Origin: the human T2T-CHM13v2.0 reference genome, Homo sapiens
NCBI RefSeq assembly: GCF_009914755.1
Contig: NC_060938.1
Reading direction: 5' to 3' (one strand)
Length of the DNA stretch: 64,000 nucleotides
This document shows, in pieces, positions 33,564 to 50,468 of this stretch (position 1 is the stretch's first letter; the number at the start of each line of letters is the position of its first letter). Made by a program: the position numbers and the translations under genes. The notes under the pieces were generated by a model that saw only the letters and a list, made by a program, of their open reading frames with translations, did no database searches and had not been told where the DNA came from.

Positions 33564-33899
33564 CAGATTGAGTATCCCTTATCTGAAATGCTTGGGACTA
33601 GAAGTGTTTCAGATTCTGATCTTTTCGGATTTTGGCATATTTGAATATGCATAATTGGATATCTTGGGGATGAGACTTAAGTGTAAACACAAAATTCTTT
33701 TCATATACACCTTATACACATAGCCTGAAGGTAATTTTATGCAATATTCTTAAATATTTTGTGCATGAAACAGAGTTTTGACTGTGACCCGTCACGTGAG
33801 GTCAGTTGGGGAATTTTCCTCTTGTGGTGGTATGTTGGTACTCAGAAAGTTTCGGATTTTGGAGCAGTTTGGATTTTTGGATTAGGGATGCTCCATTTG
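33564..33899 (+). mobile_element. Tigger4b/MER46B MITE
   Basis: TIRs cagattgagtatccctta / ttagggatgctccatttg and a typical internal sequence. Confidence 0.85.
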
Positions 33900-34230
33900 A
33901 ATATTCTTTTTATATACAGCACATGGTCAGTGCTCACTAAACTTAGTATTGCATGAATGAATGAAAACCAAAGGTCATTTACTAAGCGTGCTACTATTTC
34001 AGAAGCCTCTTTTTCCTGATTTGGTTCTATGGTCAGTGGTTTAATATTTCAAGTGCTCTGACCACGTAATGGTTGTTACCACACTGTGAAGGTGGCTGGG
34101 TGTTCAGTGATTGCTGCCCACAGAGGACCTGGAAGTGCTTGCTGTACTTGGTTTTCTGGAATGGAAATCATGGCTCATTCCCAGAAGCCCCTCAGCAGGG
34201 GCTTTGAGTCTGGTGCTAAGCAGCAGATGT

Positions 34231-34320
34231 GCAGATTCCCGCAGGGCGTACCTGAGCCCGGAGAGGGGGCGTCGTAGCGCACAGCGCACTCGTTTCCGCA
34301 TTCCCACCCCGCACGGCCAG
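34231..34320. promoter_or_regulatory. CpG-dense patch; candidate internal promoter or CTCF-like site
   Basis: 11 CpGs in 90 nt of non-Alu DNA, with an AGGGGGCG core. Confidence 0.4.
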
Positions 34321-34553
34321 TTGTCACAGCCATCCTCCAGTAAAAAACACAAACCAGTCAACCTCTAGGAGACAGGTAGGAAATCTAGAAGAAGCCTCAG
34401 GTGTTCACAGCATTTTTTAAAGATTCTTTAAAAATCTTCGTGATTGGAAAGACTGCTTCCTGTGCCAGAGAGTCTCTCTCCAGCGCTTTTGCTTCTGAGG
34501 TTGGTAGCTTTCAGAAAGACTGCAATGCAGCGGTTACCAAAGTCCTTGTTAAT

Positions 34554-34637
34554 ATGGAAACAACTCGTGGTGAAGCCTTTTGCTCCCCTTCACAACTGCT
34601 GACTGTTGCCTGCAGTCGGAAGGAGGAGATAATGAAG
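34554..34637 (+). CDS. Candidate coding part of an alternative first exon (METTRGEAFCSPSQLLTVACSRKEEIMK), phase 0
   Basis: aatATGG Kozak context, 28 open codons, AAG|gtaata donor, downstream of the CpG patch. No homology recognised. Confidence 0.25.
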
Positions 34638-34825
34638 GTAATACTCCTCCGGACCTGGCAGTTTAGTGATTAGAACGTACGCGATTCTGTGAATGCTGTG
34701 GCTGGCACAGCATGTCCTGCAGCAGCTCTGTCAACTTACTGATGCAGTGGGCTTCCTGGGAACGTGAAGCTGAAGATGTCTTTGCAGTTTGTGCACGATA
34801 ATTTTGTTTTCATCTCTGTGTTCAG

Positions 34826-34843
34826 ATGGTGGATTATAAGAAG
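34826..34843 (+). other. Candidate 18-nt microexon (MVDYKK in phase 0)
   Basis: ttttgttttcatctctgtgttcag|ATGGTGGATTATAAGAAG|gtaagg. Confidence 0.3.
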
Positions 34844-36094
34844 GTAAGGGACTTTACAGATCATGCATATATGTATTTTAAATGTTTATGAATATCCCTA
34901 ATCAAGGTAAAGAATTATGATTGAATAGACCTCTTTTGAACCTAAGAAATAAAACTTTATTTCTTGTTAATGACCCTTTTGACGTTTGAAGACTTATCTT
35001 ATTTAGTCTTGACAAATGCCCTATATAAGTGAATTATTGAAGATGTTCTTTGAAGAGATCTGCTTTTTCTTTGATTTGCTAAACGTAGTTGGTTTCAGAG
35101 GTGTAGATACGCATAGAATATATTCATTTCTTTAACTTAAGCAATGACAGTTACATTAATCTGGATGGAACTTTTCGTCTTAAAAAATCTCAGCCACTGG
35201 CTGTAGATGATGAATTCTAATCTCCTTAGTTCTTATTTTGCCTTTAGAAGAGCATTTTCAGATGTGTGGAGCTCTGTGTTTATCCGTGGGGTGAGCTGGG
35301 TGCTACCTCCAGCTGCTGCTCTTCGTTTATCTTAGAGGGAGGCCAAGAGTCAGAGCGGAGATTTATTTTGCAATGAATTAGTGGCCCCAAACGGTATTAA
35401 ATGCATTATGGGTGGTAATTTATATGTCCAATGCCAAGAAATATAATGTTGGGGTTACCATGGCAACTGCTTGCATTCTGAAAAGCTTGTGAATGGGTTC
35501 TGAACCTTCTGGCATTGGAAGTGAGCTTTTCCAGCTGAGGGCCTGCATTCGTGATTAGTGTAAATAAATTCAGCTTTCCATATGAAGCACATCCTTTCTC
35601 TTTGTTTACCAGAGTAGTCCATTGAGCTCAGTTCTTTCTCTGGTGATGTCTGCCTTGGTCTCTTGGTTCCTGGCAACAGAATATGGTTGAGACATAGTTT
35701 TCAACTTCAGGCTGAGGAACTAGCCTGTGTGTGTGTGATGACCTGCCACCTCAGTCCATGCACTGTGTAGAAGGGGCTGGCTCATCTGTACCTCCTGAGG
35801 GCTGGCAATGCATGATGTCTCCAAAAGCACAGTTGCAGCCGCATGTGCTGGTGGGCTCCTGGCACAGCTTTCTATCCATCTGAAGGGCTTGTTTCCGGTA
35901 ACACTTGCTAGGGCTCTTCCTGGGAGGCAGCCCTGCCTGTTTCCAGGGTATCATGGGGATTGGTTTTGGGGAGGGAGGCCCAAGTTAGAAAGACCCATGT
36001 TTAAAATGTCAAGCTTGTGAAAATGATAAACGAGGGCCTATTGTCTTCATTGCCGAAGATCTGTTTGCTGTTTGTTAGAAATATATGTAGCATA

Positions 36095-36247
36095 GGCCGG
36101 GGATGGTGGCTCACACCTGTAATCCCAGCACTTTGGGAGACGAAGGCAGGAGGATCGCTTGAGCCCAGGAATCTAAGACCAGCCTGGGCAAAATAGCAAG
36201 ACCTCATGTCTACAGAAAGATAAAATAAAATAAATAAATAAATAAAA
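36095..36247 (+). mobile_element. FLAM_C / Alu left monomer
   Basis: Single forward monomer with an (AAAT)n tail. Confidence 0.8.
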
Positions 36248-36529
36248 CTAGTTTCCCTTGTGCATTTAAAACAATGTTGACATCTTGATGGCCAGAGACT
36301 GAAATGTCTGTGTGTGATTTCAGGGGCCTGAGGTCGGAAGGTTGGAGCCTGGTGGTTGCTGCCGAGGCGGCAGCTCCTAGAGGGCCTGGCCAGACACTGG
36401 GAGAATGTTTTCATGCTCTGTAGAATTCATTCTCTTTGTTAATAAGCATTGAGATTATAGAATTTAAATGTTGAGCTTGAGGATAGACTGGCCTTGAGGC
36501 ACACAGCGGGCATGCTGCTGTGGCTCACC

Positions 36530-36700
36530 TGTAGGCCTCAGTTAAGAATCTTTGTCTAATCCAATCCCTTTATTTTACAGATGAGGAAAATGAGGCCCAA
36601 AGAAGTGATGCCACTTGGTTAAGGTCCCAGAGCAGGTCAGAATCAGACCTAGGATCAGAAACCTGGCTCCTGGCTCCTGGCTCCCTACTCTTCTAAGGAT
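36530..36700 (-). mobile_element. MIR
   Basis: MIR core ttttacagatgaggaaaatgaggcccaaaga...aaggtcccagagc. Confidence 0.8.
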
Positions 36701-38329
36701 CGCTGTCCTGACAGAAGAGGTTTGCTCTCAGTTAATTGATGTTGTTGTTGTTTTGCTTTCCTTTTGTCAGAAAGAGGCCTGTAATAACAACAGGCATCTA
36801 ATTTAGACTCTGTAATTTAGAATTTTAAAAATTCTTGTCTTCCCTTCTTCTGGTTATTTATAGAATTTCTACTCAGTGTGCTGGAGTCACCCATAGGAGG
36901 GGCAAAGGGCATGACCTCTGCCCTTAACGCTGTGTGCTGTGATGAGAGATGGGTGCATAGCCGAGCCTGCAAACTGGAATGTTGGGATAAATTCTGGCTT
37001 GACATCTCCATTTCTGCCAGGCTGTGGTATTCTGTGTTCTTACAGAGAAGCTGCAGTGCCCAGCAGTTACCCAGGGGTGAATCTGAATCACCACCTGTTA
37101 AATCAAGGTCATGATACTGTATTTACTAAGGCAGGACAACATAGTAATTTAGGCTCAACTTACAAGTTGCAACTTATTACAAGTAATAAGAGGTTCGGCT
37201 TACAAGGTTTGAAATACAAATTGATTTTTTTAGCCAGATTCCATTGAACCCTGGTTTTTAATTTTCCAATCTTGAAAGAAGACTGAGATTTTACTGTATA
37301 ACTCACTTAGGGTGACATTGTGTTTTCCTAAGTATTCTCAGTGATTTCTCCCATTCTCCCTATTCTTCTCACATGGGACTTTGACAGAGAGCTGCACCTG
37401 GGCTGGGTGTGTGGCCTCCCTCACCCAGCAGTATGGCCCAATGGTGCTATGTGACTGCTGAGTTAGGTCCTTAAAAGGGTGCAGTTTTTGCCTGGATGTT
37501 CTTTTTGGGGTACTTGTTTGCCATCCCTATGGTGAGGAAACCCATGTCGCCCACACAGGAGGACCACACAGTGAGCAGGGCATTGACATAACAAGGTGAC
37601 TTCTGTTTTCTGAGTAACTTCCACCACAGTGGTGAAACTGTGTCCCCAAGCTCAGCAGGCGGAGGTAAAACATTTTTCAAAGAAAAGGGTAAGATAGGCT
37701 CTTGGTTTACCACATGGTGAAGAGAGGCCTCTGGCTCTTCCAAACTGTTGCAGATAGAGCGTGGAGTGCTGGGACTTCGGTCAGGCCAGGTCCTGCCGCC
37801 TCACTGTCCAGCTCTCCTGAGTGCTCCTGGTCTGCCTTGCTCTCTGCCCAGTGCTGCCTGCTGCCCGCTGCCCTTATGTGGAGTGACCTTCTGTCTCCCA
37901 GCCCCAGCCATGGGTCCCGTTGCCCAGAATACAAGAGCCTTTCTTGGCTTAGAACTTTAATTCAAAACCCTCAGTTCTTAGAGGGTTTGTTTTCCCTTTT
38001 TTTTTGGCCTGGGATTTTGAGAATATCTAATAGTGCTGGGCAGTTTTATCATTCATCATCATGGGTAGTTTGGTTTATTACAACTTGCAGCTTCATATCT
38101 TGTAAAACAAATTCATTTCTTGCTTTCAGATTTGCTTATCTAAAAGTTTTGTTCATAATAGTAACTTAGCACAAGGCTTCTAATATATGAGTTGATGAAA
38201 AGCACCTCCTGTATCACCTTTAATAAGGATAATTTTGAAGTGTAATTTAATGCCTGGAAGCCAGTTGGTACTGAGGTTTAATTTTGTACTTGGGAAAGAA
38301 GTGTGAGAAGAAAAGTATCCTTTTTTCCT

Positions 38330-38555
38330 TAAATTTATTTTTCTTAGTTGACATATAAAATTGTATATATATTTATCATGTACAACATGATATTTTGAAG
38401 TATATATATTATGGAATGGTTAAGTCTAGCAAATTAGCAAGTGTAAAGATAAACTCACAGTTATCTTTTTTTGTGGTGAGAACACTTTACATTTTTTCTT
38501 TCTTTTAAACATAAAATCTTTCAGAAAAGACGTCTACTTTCTCAGCATTTTTCAA
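38330..38555 (-). mobile_element. L1MA 3' terminal fragment
   Basis: ttgtatatatttatcatgtacaacatgatattttgaag, ttttgtggtgagaacactt. Confidence 0.7.
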
Positions 38556-38622
38556 GAAGAAAAGTATCTTTTTAACAAATACATTTTCTAAGCCCTGGTC
38601 TGCAACCCACTCCATTCAGTTA

Positions 38623-38949
<327 letters not shown>

Positions 38950-39379
38950 CTACCTACACACACACCCACTCTCTCTTATACACACACAAACACACTAATA
39001 GACATAGCAGTAATATATATTAAGCATGAATACAGCAAGAAGTTTGGTACCCTAGAATTAGAACGGGTTTTTTTTTCGTATATAATCTACAAAATGAGAT
39101 GTTGAATTGATGTTTAATACTAAGCTACTTCTTAAGCATTTGATTTTTCTTACTGCATTTACCTATGTTTATAATTTTAAAATCTGAGAATTATAGAAAA
39201 TACGTAATTTCTACTTATCTTTCAGATTATAGCTTAAATGTCCTCTCCTGGGGTGGGGGAGGTCCCCATATCCACATAAATGGGTGTGACCTCCATGTGC
39301 ACTGTGCACTTCCCTTTGGTACTTTTCGTCTCACACACATGCACACCCTGCACAGACACACACACTCTTATTGCTGGTG

Positions 39380-39490
39380 TTCTGTCTTCTTGCCTGTGGA
39401 CTGTCAGCTCTGTGAAGGGGAGGCTTCTGTCTTTCTTGTCCCTCTCCCTTCTGTGGCACTCAGTACATGTTGGGTGAATGAATGAATACT
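39380..39490 (+). mobile_element. L2 3' end
   Basis: gactgtcagctctgtgaagggg...ggcactcagtacatgttgggtgaatgaatgaa. Confidence 0.7.
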
Positions 39491-39959
39491 GGACACAGAC
39501 GCTTTCCTTGAAGGTGGTTGGATGATCTACCCTTTCCTTATAGGACTTTTTCAGATGTTTTCAAATTCAACCAAGAAATCTTTTTTTTCTATTACTAAGT
39601 TACTGTTTTTCCAAATTATTGAATATTTCTATTTTCTCCTGCCTTTAAGGAGTAGGAAACAACTAAGAACAGATGATGTCTCATGTTGCGAATGGATCCT
39701 TCCTTCCTTTGCTTTTCCCTCAAGTTCTTTCTCATGCAAGCGAACACCCATATTGTGAGGGGTAGCAAATTTAAATGAGTCCTTTGCATTCGAGTATAGA
39801 GATGACTGAGGAGAATGAGGTAGTTTGGAAACACTAGAAAAATCTGCCTCAGTGCTTTTGATATTTTAATTTATAGGCAATTCTTTTAAGTTTCATTTTT
39901 CTCAAGACAAATGCCAGACTGTGGAAAGGGTGCTGTCATTTAAAAATATTCGGGCATGT

Positions 39960-42169
<2,210 letters not shown>

Positions 42170-42173
42170 TAAT

Positions 42174-42313
42174 TTGGGCACGATGACTCATGCCTGGAAT
42201 ACTAGCATGTTGGCGGGAGGATCGCTTGAGGCCAGGAGTTTGAGGTTACACTGAGCTGTGATTGTGCCACTGCACTCCATCGTGGGTGACAGAACAAGAC
42301 CCTGTCTCTAAAA
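42174..42313 (+). mobile_element. Old Alu monomer (FRAM/FLAM-like)
   Basis: Degenerate forward monomer. Confidence 0.7.
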
Positions 42314-43366
42314 TATTTATCTACATGATATATACATTTGGTGGGTGCTTTGGTCCCAACTGTCTGTGACCATCTGGGGCAGAGCCAGTGCCGTGTGCAA
42401 GGTGTACTGCCTGCACACAGCACAGGAGGCTGGGGCTGGCCAGGGCCTGTGCACCTGCTCCTCTGTGCCTGGCTTGTGGATGCCCCTCACTCGCTGAGTC
42501 TTTTCTGAAGTCATTTAGCAGCACTGCCACTGCTCTAACCTACATTTAAAGATTTATTTTCATAATTTTCTGGCAGAAAATTTTATTAATGTAGCCATTT
42601 TATTTGTATAATGATTGTTGAGAATAGAATATTTTATGTTCAAGATATTGATTAATTTTTGGAGAAACTAAGAAATTTGATGTTGCATAACAAATCTCTA
42701 TTTAAATTCACGGTGTAAACTGCAGTGAATCATTAGTGTATTAGGTAAAAGCCAACATTGCAGAATATAGTTTATTTGAAAGGCCGCTTAGATGAAAATT
42801 CTAGGGTGATCTGGAAATGTTTTACACTTTTGTATATGTGATCATTGGATGCTACTTAGGAGAGTTTGTACTAGTGTGTCTAGCAGTTGTAGCAAGGTGA
42901 GGTGGGTGGCCACATTTGATTATGAAGTAAATTTATTCTAGAGAGTTTATATAGCATGAAGAATATTACAATCAAAGAAGTGTTACACTACATATCTTAA
43001 ACTTTTAACATGACTCTTATCTAGCTATAAAAATATGTCTGACATTTTGTGTTTTAGGAATGAAGTAAGTATGCAGTGGTAATGAATGTTTGATCATGAT
43101 TTCAGGTGAGTAAGACGTCAGGGAAACCTATCACAGTTCCATAAGCAAAAATGAAAAAAACTCACTGAGGTATATTGCTACAAAATGGCTTCTTTCCCCC
43201 AAGAATAGCTGTAACTGTGACAGAGTAGCGCAGCACAGTCCTTCCATTCTCCCCTTGCTCTTTCCTCCTCCTCATCCAGATGCATTTGGATGATACTGTT
43301 CAAAAGTAAGATAAATAATTGTACTCAATTTTCATATTAGAGTAGCTAGAAATTAAGCAAGTAATT

Positions 43367-43693
43367 TGTGTGTGTGTGTGTGTGTGTGTGTTTTTTTTGG
43401 GGGGGGGTGAAGGTCTTGCTCTGTTGCCCAGGCTGGACTGCAGTGGTATAATGACAGCTCGCTATAGCCTCAACCTCCTGGACTTAAGCCATCCTCCCGC
43501 CTCAGCCTCCCGAGTAGCTGGGACCACAGGTGCATGCCACCACACCTGGCTAATGTTCACATTTTTTATAGACATGGGGTCTCACTATGTTGCCCAGGCT
43601 GGTCTTGAACTCCTGGCCTCAAGTGATCCTTCCACCTTGACCTTCCAAAGTCAAAGTGCTGGGATTACAGGTGTGAGCCACCGTGCCTGGCCT
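43367..43693 (-). mobile_element. AluJ with a (TG)n tail
   Basis: Reverse Alu. Confidence 0.88.
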
Positions 43694-44049
43694 CCAAACA
43701 ATAATTTAAATGATGTGATAAATTTTATTTTAGCCTAGCCGAGATCTTAAAATCTATTTTGAAGTCAGGCACTAGCCTTATTTGGTTCAGCTAAAGGTGC
43801 TCCCTGGTGCATCAGGTTGTGAATGTCATATATGAGTCCTAAGGGAGTAAACAAACTCTGGCTGTGTCAGTGCTGAAATTCAAAACAGTAAAAAAAAAAA
43901 AGATACTTGGTTTTAAAATGGGGTGGATGCATCTATTGGGCTTTATTGATATTTTGGAAATTTTGAGATATGTATTTTGCCTCTTGCTAAGGAATTAGAT
44001 AATCGTGCAGGGTTTGAATTGACAGTTGTCAAAGTCAGCAAAAATACTA

Positions 44050-44810
44050 TGGTCAAATTGCTGGGTCTTTGAGACCTAGGTTTTAGTCCTGTTAGCTCTG
44101 ACTTTGGGCAAGTTGTTTGATGTAATTGTTTTAGTTCCTCAACAATCCAGACCCTGGCCAGCAGAGTTGGAGCATTGAATGATCTTTCTAAGATAATTTG
44201 AGCGTACAAATGGCAAATCTGATTTAACAGCATAACTGTTGATTCTTACGGCACAAGTCAGTGAGCCTGTCTTTGTTGAGGTAGTCGCGGTGTGATAACA
44301 GACATAGTAGTTAAGAACACTGACTCGAGGTAGACCGCTGTGCCGCTTAGTAACGTATCGTGTTGTGAAGCTGCTGAATCTTCGTACTCTAGTTTCCTCA
44401 TCTCTATAACAGGCAAATTTGTAATTGTGACAAATAATAACTACAAGAAGTAAATTAATAACTAAGACCAAATGCATACTGTGTGGCCAGCACCATTGTA
44501 AGTGCTGAGGATACAAACCTGAACAAGACACATTGCTGTCTTCAGAAAGCTCACAGTCAGATGGGAGAGAGAGAAGGAAGCAAGGCAAGTACAGGCTTGT
44601 AAGTGTTGTGATGGGTGTCCTTACAGGACCAGGATTTCAGGAGGTAAGGTCAGTTTCCCTGGGAAGGGAGAGTTAGAGAAAAGATGCTCGCAGTTTAATT
44701 CAACAAACAAGTGGTACCTGCTGGGTGTGCCTGCCGTCCTGCTAGGCATTGAGACTACAGGATAAATTTAGCATGATCCCTGCTCTAAAGGAGCTTAAAG
44801 TTTAGTGGAA
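44050..44810. mobile_element. MIR and L2 fragments
   Basis: ctctgactttgggcaagtt, agtttcctcatctctataac (MIR); tgtgtggccagcacc...agctcacagtcagatgggaga, ccctgctctaaaggagctta (L2). Confidence 0.65.
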
Positions 44811-45418
44811 AACCATGAGTCTAGTGATAAATAGTAGTTGTCAAGATACTTGAATGGAGTCTTGCAGATGAAGTGTTTGACAGGCAGTGGAAGAACAAAA
44901 ACACAGAAGGAGACAGTCGTTGCGGCTGGAGCAGAGTTTGCAAGTCCACTCCTGGTGAGGGAGGGGATGCTGAGCCAGCAGGGCAGGGTCTACTCACACC
45001 CAGAGGCTGGCTCGGAAGCAGCAGATGTAAAGGGAAGTGTGTATTGGAGGGGGTATGTTGTGAATTTGATGACGTCTGATTGTTACATTGAATTCCATGA
45101 GTTCTAGACAATTTCTTCATGATAATTACCCCCTTAAATTTCATAATCTTCATTCCCCCACTAAATTTAATACCATAACATTTTTAATTTAAAAAACACC
45201 TTTTTTGTCGGTACTTTTGAAAACATTTTCCTGCACCTGTGCCTTCTATGAAATGAACGCTGTAGAGAATCTGTGGAAATCGGCTCATGGTAGAAGCTTT
45301 CCCTGTCATATGGATGAGTCCTTTTGCTTGCCCAGTGCCCTCCTGGCATATTGATGAGGTAGGATTGGGAGTTCGGAACGCCTACAAAATGAGCAGGCTA
45401 ATTTCGAACGGATGCTAA

Positions 45419-45766
<348 letters not shown>

Positions 45767-46320
45767 CATTATTTGCTTTTAGTTGAATTTGTGTGTTTGG
45801 AGACTGAGCACTTACTTTCAACAGTGAAGAAATTGACTTGGCAGCAGTTGCTGCAGGTGGCTGTTTTCGGTCTACCTCATACTGTCAGTGTGTCGCCCAG
45901 ATACTATATAATTACTCAGTTATTTTGCAGTCACAACATCTTTGTGTGTTTGTATTTATTTAGTAATTAGAAGAAAGTTTTTATGTTCTCATAGTATCTT
46001 CCTGTCTACACAGTGCATTTGTTTACTAATTTATATCCATTTGATACACATCTAATGATTGCCTCTGATGGGTATATGTGGGAACATGTACATTCCCTAC
46101 TGTTAGCTGCAAATAGTGAGAAGTAGTTAGAGCATAATGTTTCACATCGAAGTAATCTCTTTTTCAAAGACATCTCTGAGAATGAAAACATTAAGTTTGG
46201 CAGTTCCGACAAACTCTTATAGTGATAAGGTATTAGTCTAATTCTACTTAGTAAGAAAGTTATTCCCGGAGACTTCCATTTCCACTATGATGGAATTAGA
46301 GGTGATTTACGCCCCCCAAC

Positions 46321-47008
46321 CCAGGACTAGGGTAAGGCAAGTGAGGCACTTGCCTCAGTGCAGAATTTAAAGGGACACCCAAAATCTCAGTAATCGAGAT
46401 TATTAATATTTTAATGCAGTGCTTTAAAAAAATCAAATTTGATGCAAAAAAAATCCATGATGAAAAACAAAATTATTTTTTACTTTTTAAGACAGGGTCT
46501 TGCTCTATTGCCCAGGCTGGAGTGCAGTGGAGCAATCATAGCTCACTACAGCTATGGTAATACAGATGGGTGGGCTCAAGTGATCCTCCAGCCTCAGCCT
46601 CCTAAGTAGCTGAGACTACAGGCACATGCCACCACGTCTGGATAATTTTTTATTTTTTTTTGTAGAGTGGTGTCTCACTGTGTTGCCCATACTGATCTCA
46701 AACTCTGAGCTCAAGCAGTCCTCCCGTCTTAGCCTCCCAAAGTGCTGAGATTATTGGAGTGAGCCACCACGCCTGGCCCAAAACCCAAATTTGAAAGACA
46801 GGATCAGTATTAATGATTTTTCTTTTTGTCTCAAGCTCCAGCATGGCTTGGCAAGACACCATTATCGATATTATATATAAAACTTTGGTATTTTGTACCT
46901 CGTGGATTTTTTCATTAATTTTGATTTTATCTCTATTACTGAGTTTTTTTGACACTCAATTAAGATTTGTGCCTAAGGCAAGTACCTCACTTGGCTTGCC
47001 CTAGTCCC
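46321..47008. mobile_element. MER96B palindromic hAT MITE, interrupted by AluJ (~46474-46778)
   Basis: Long inverted arms ggactagggtaaggcaagtgaggcacttgcctc / ggcaagtacctcacttggcttgccctagtcc. Confidence 0.8.
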
Positions 47009-47169
47009 AAATTGACTTCTATCTTAAACAACTTGAAAACCAGACAAAATATATGAAGTAATAGTTTTCATACATTTGACAGAAGGCTGGTTAGGACCAT
47101 GTTCCTTGAAATAAGGGGAACAAACAAAACAAGCCCTGCAGTATTCCAGCTTATACCCCACAGCATGAG

Positions 47170-47346
47170 ACTGCACTTTTTTCTATAAAGGGCTGTATAG
47201 TAACCATTGTAGGTTTTGGGGGCCGGATGCTGTTAATGTCACAACTACTCTGCTATGCTCTGTGCCTGCTTTCATCCTAAGTATGTAAGTGAATGGACGT
47301 GGACGCATTACAATAAAACCTTTCTGACACAAACAGCCTTAGTTTG
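47170..47346 (+). mobile_element. MER58A-like MITE
   Basis: tttttctataaaggg...gtcacaactactc...caataaaac. Confidence 0.6.
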
Positions 47347-48210
47347 TCTCGAGAGGCAGTTTCCATGTTTCAGGGCAGGAAGAGAGAAGTCAAACAGAAC
47401 CCACTGGCTTCACTAAAGTGATGATACAGGAGAAATTGGGGAGGACAAGACAGCTAGAATTTGTGGAGGAAAACATAGGAGAGGAGGGAGCAGGTTAGAG
47501 AGAGAGCTCTAGAGATCTGCAGAAGGGCCCCCTTGAGGCGTTGGCTGCATCCTGGTCTGCACGTGGCCAAGAGGAAGCACCTCAAGGCTGGGAGGAGAAC
47601 CACCAAAAAGGAGAAGGCCAAGCACTTCTTGGACATCAGTTGCACAGGGCTGGGAATAGTTTGTGTTCCCACCACCCAGGGTGGTCTCAGGTAGATCCTT
47701 TGAAGGGTTGCCTTTTCATCTTTGTTAGCGTGGGTTCAGAGCAGCTTTTTCATCTATGGTGTCAGGACGATTCCTCAGAAGGGCTGCCTTAGCAGTGGGG
47801 CTGAGTTATCCATAGACCAATGGGCTGCTCCCGACTTGCCCTAACTGATTACAGATAGCTTGATTACATTATCAGAACCAAAGCCCCGACTATATTTAAA
47901 AAGGATGTAATAAAACTAGCACCCAAAAATGTAAAAAGAAATTGTGTCTAGCATCTAATAAATAATTACCAGGTATGCAGAGAAGCAAGGAAATGTGATA
48001 TTAACCAGGAAGAAAATCAAGAGAAACAGAACCCAGAAAGACAAGGGATGATGCAATTAGCACACAAACATTAAAATAACTTATAAATATGTTGCACACT
48101 CAACATAAAACGTAGAGAAAAACATAAGCATACTGAGTGAAATGAAAGACTCAAAAAAGATTGAAATAAAACTTCCAGAGATGAAAATAGAATATATACA
48201 ATATATAAAA

Positions 48211-48616
<406 letters not shown>

Positions 48617-49173
48617 TCACAACAGGTTATTACGACAGAAGAAAAGAGTTCATGAGCCTGAAGACGTAGCAGTAGAAGCTTTCCAAAGCACAGCACAGAG
48701 AATCCAGACTGCGCGAGATCACAGAGCATCAGCAGCCTGTGGGACAAAGTCAGCTGACTTAAGATATGTATAACCTAGTTCCAGAAGGAGAAGAGGAGGG
48801 AATGGAAAAAATATTTGGAGAAATAATGGCTGGAAATTTTCCAAATTTGATGAAAAATGCAAACTATGAAGCTCAAAAACTCCAAACAGAGCAAATATAA
48901 AGAAATCCAAGGTACCTCATAATCAGATTGCCAGAAAACCAGTGATCAAGATCAAAAGCTTTCAAAGCAGCCAGAAGAAAAGACACATTACAGAGGAATA
49001 CAGTTGCTAATAACAGCGATTCCTGGTCACATCTTGTGTGAACCAGAAGACAACAGAGCAACATATTCAAAGTACTGAAAGAAAAAAACCTGTTAGAGTT
49101 CTGTATCTGGCAAAAATGTCTTTCAAAAATGAAGGATAAATTTTTATTTATTTCAGAAGTAAAGAAATTTTTA

Positions 49174-49504
<331 letters not shown>

Positions 49505-49594
49505 TTATTGCCAGCAGAATGGCACTAAAGGAGTATTAAAGGAAATTCAGATAGAAAGAAAATAATATTTGATGGGAAAAATTTTTATTTATAT

Positions 49595-50075
49595 ATATTT
49601 TGGAGACAGGATCTCACTCTAGTGTCCAGGCTGGAGTGCAGTGGGTGTGATCTCGGCTCACTGCAATCTCTGTCTCCCGGGCTCAAGCAGTCCTCCTGCC
49701 TCAGCCTCCCTAGTAGCTGGGACTATAAGCGTGTGCCACCATACCCAGCTAATTTTTGTATTTTTTGTAGAAACGGAGTCTCACTGTGTTCTCCAGGCTG
49801 GTCTCGAACTCCTGATTTCAAGCAATCCACCCATCTCAGCCTCCCAAAGTGCTGGGATTACAGGCGTGAGACACTGCACTCAGGCTTAAATAGTCAGTTT
49901 CCATCTGGGGCCAGGCATGGTGTCTCACACCTGTAATCGCAGCACTTTGGGCAGGAGGAGAGGGCAGATTGCTTGAGCTTGGGAGTTTGAGGCTACAGTG
50001 AGCTATGATCACACCACTGTACTCCAGCCTGGGTGACAGAGTGAGACCCTGTGTTTCTAAAAGGAAAAAAAAAAG
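49595..50075. mobile_element. Antisense Alu (to ~49885) plus a sense Alu monomer (~49908-50075)
   Basis: Head-to-head Alu sequences. Confidence 0.85.
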
Positions 50076-50468
50076 TGGTAAAATTGACAAAGCTCCAGTG
50101 AAACTGATAAGGAAGAAAAAACAGATATAAATAATGAAATGAAATGAAAAAGGTGAAAACACTATGGATTCAGTAGACTGTTAAGATATCATAAAAGGAT
50201 ATTAGAATTAGCATCACGCTATATACATTTGAAAATTTAGATAAAATAGACAAATTTCTTTCAAAATGTAACTTAACTAAAAGTAACTGAAGAAATAGAA
50301 AACCTTAACCAGTCCTATGACTATTAAAAATGTTTAGATTTAAACAAATGTATGATTGAGGGAATGCTGGGAATGTGTGTAAACACATACATATGTTGTC
50401 ATGTGTTACCTTAATTGACCTATACAGTTCTTGAGTACAAGATTAAAACCTGTTTCTGAGTATGTGAT

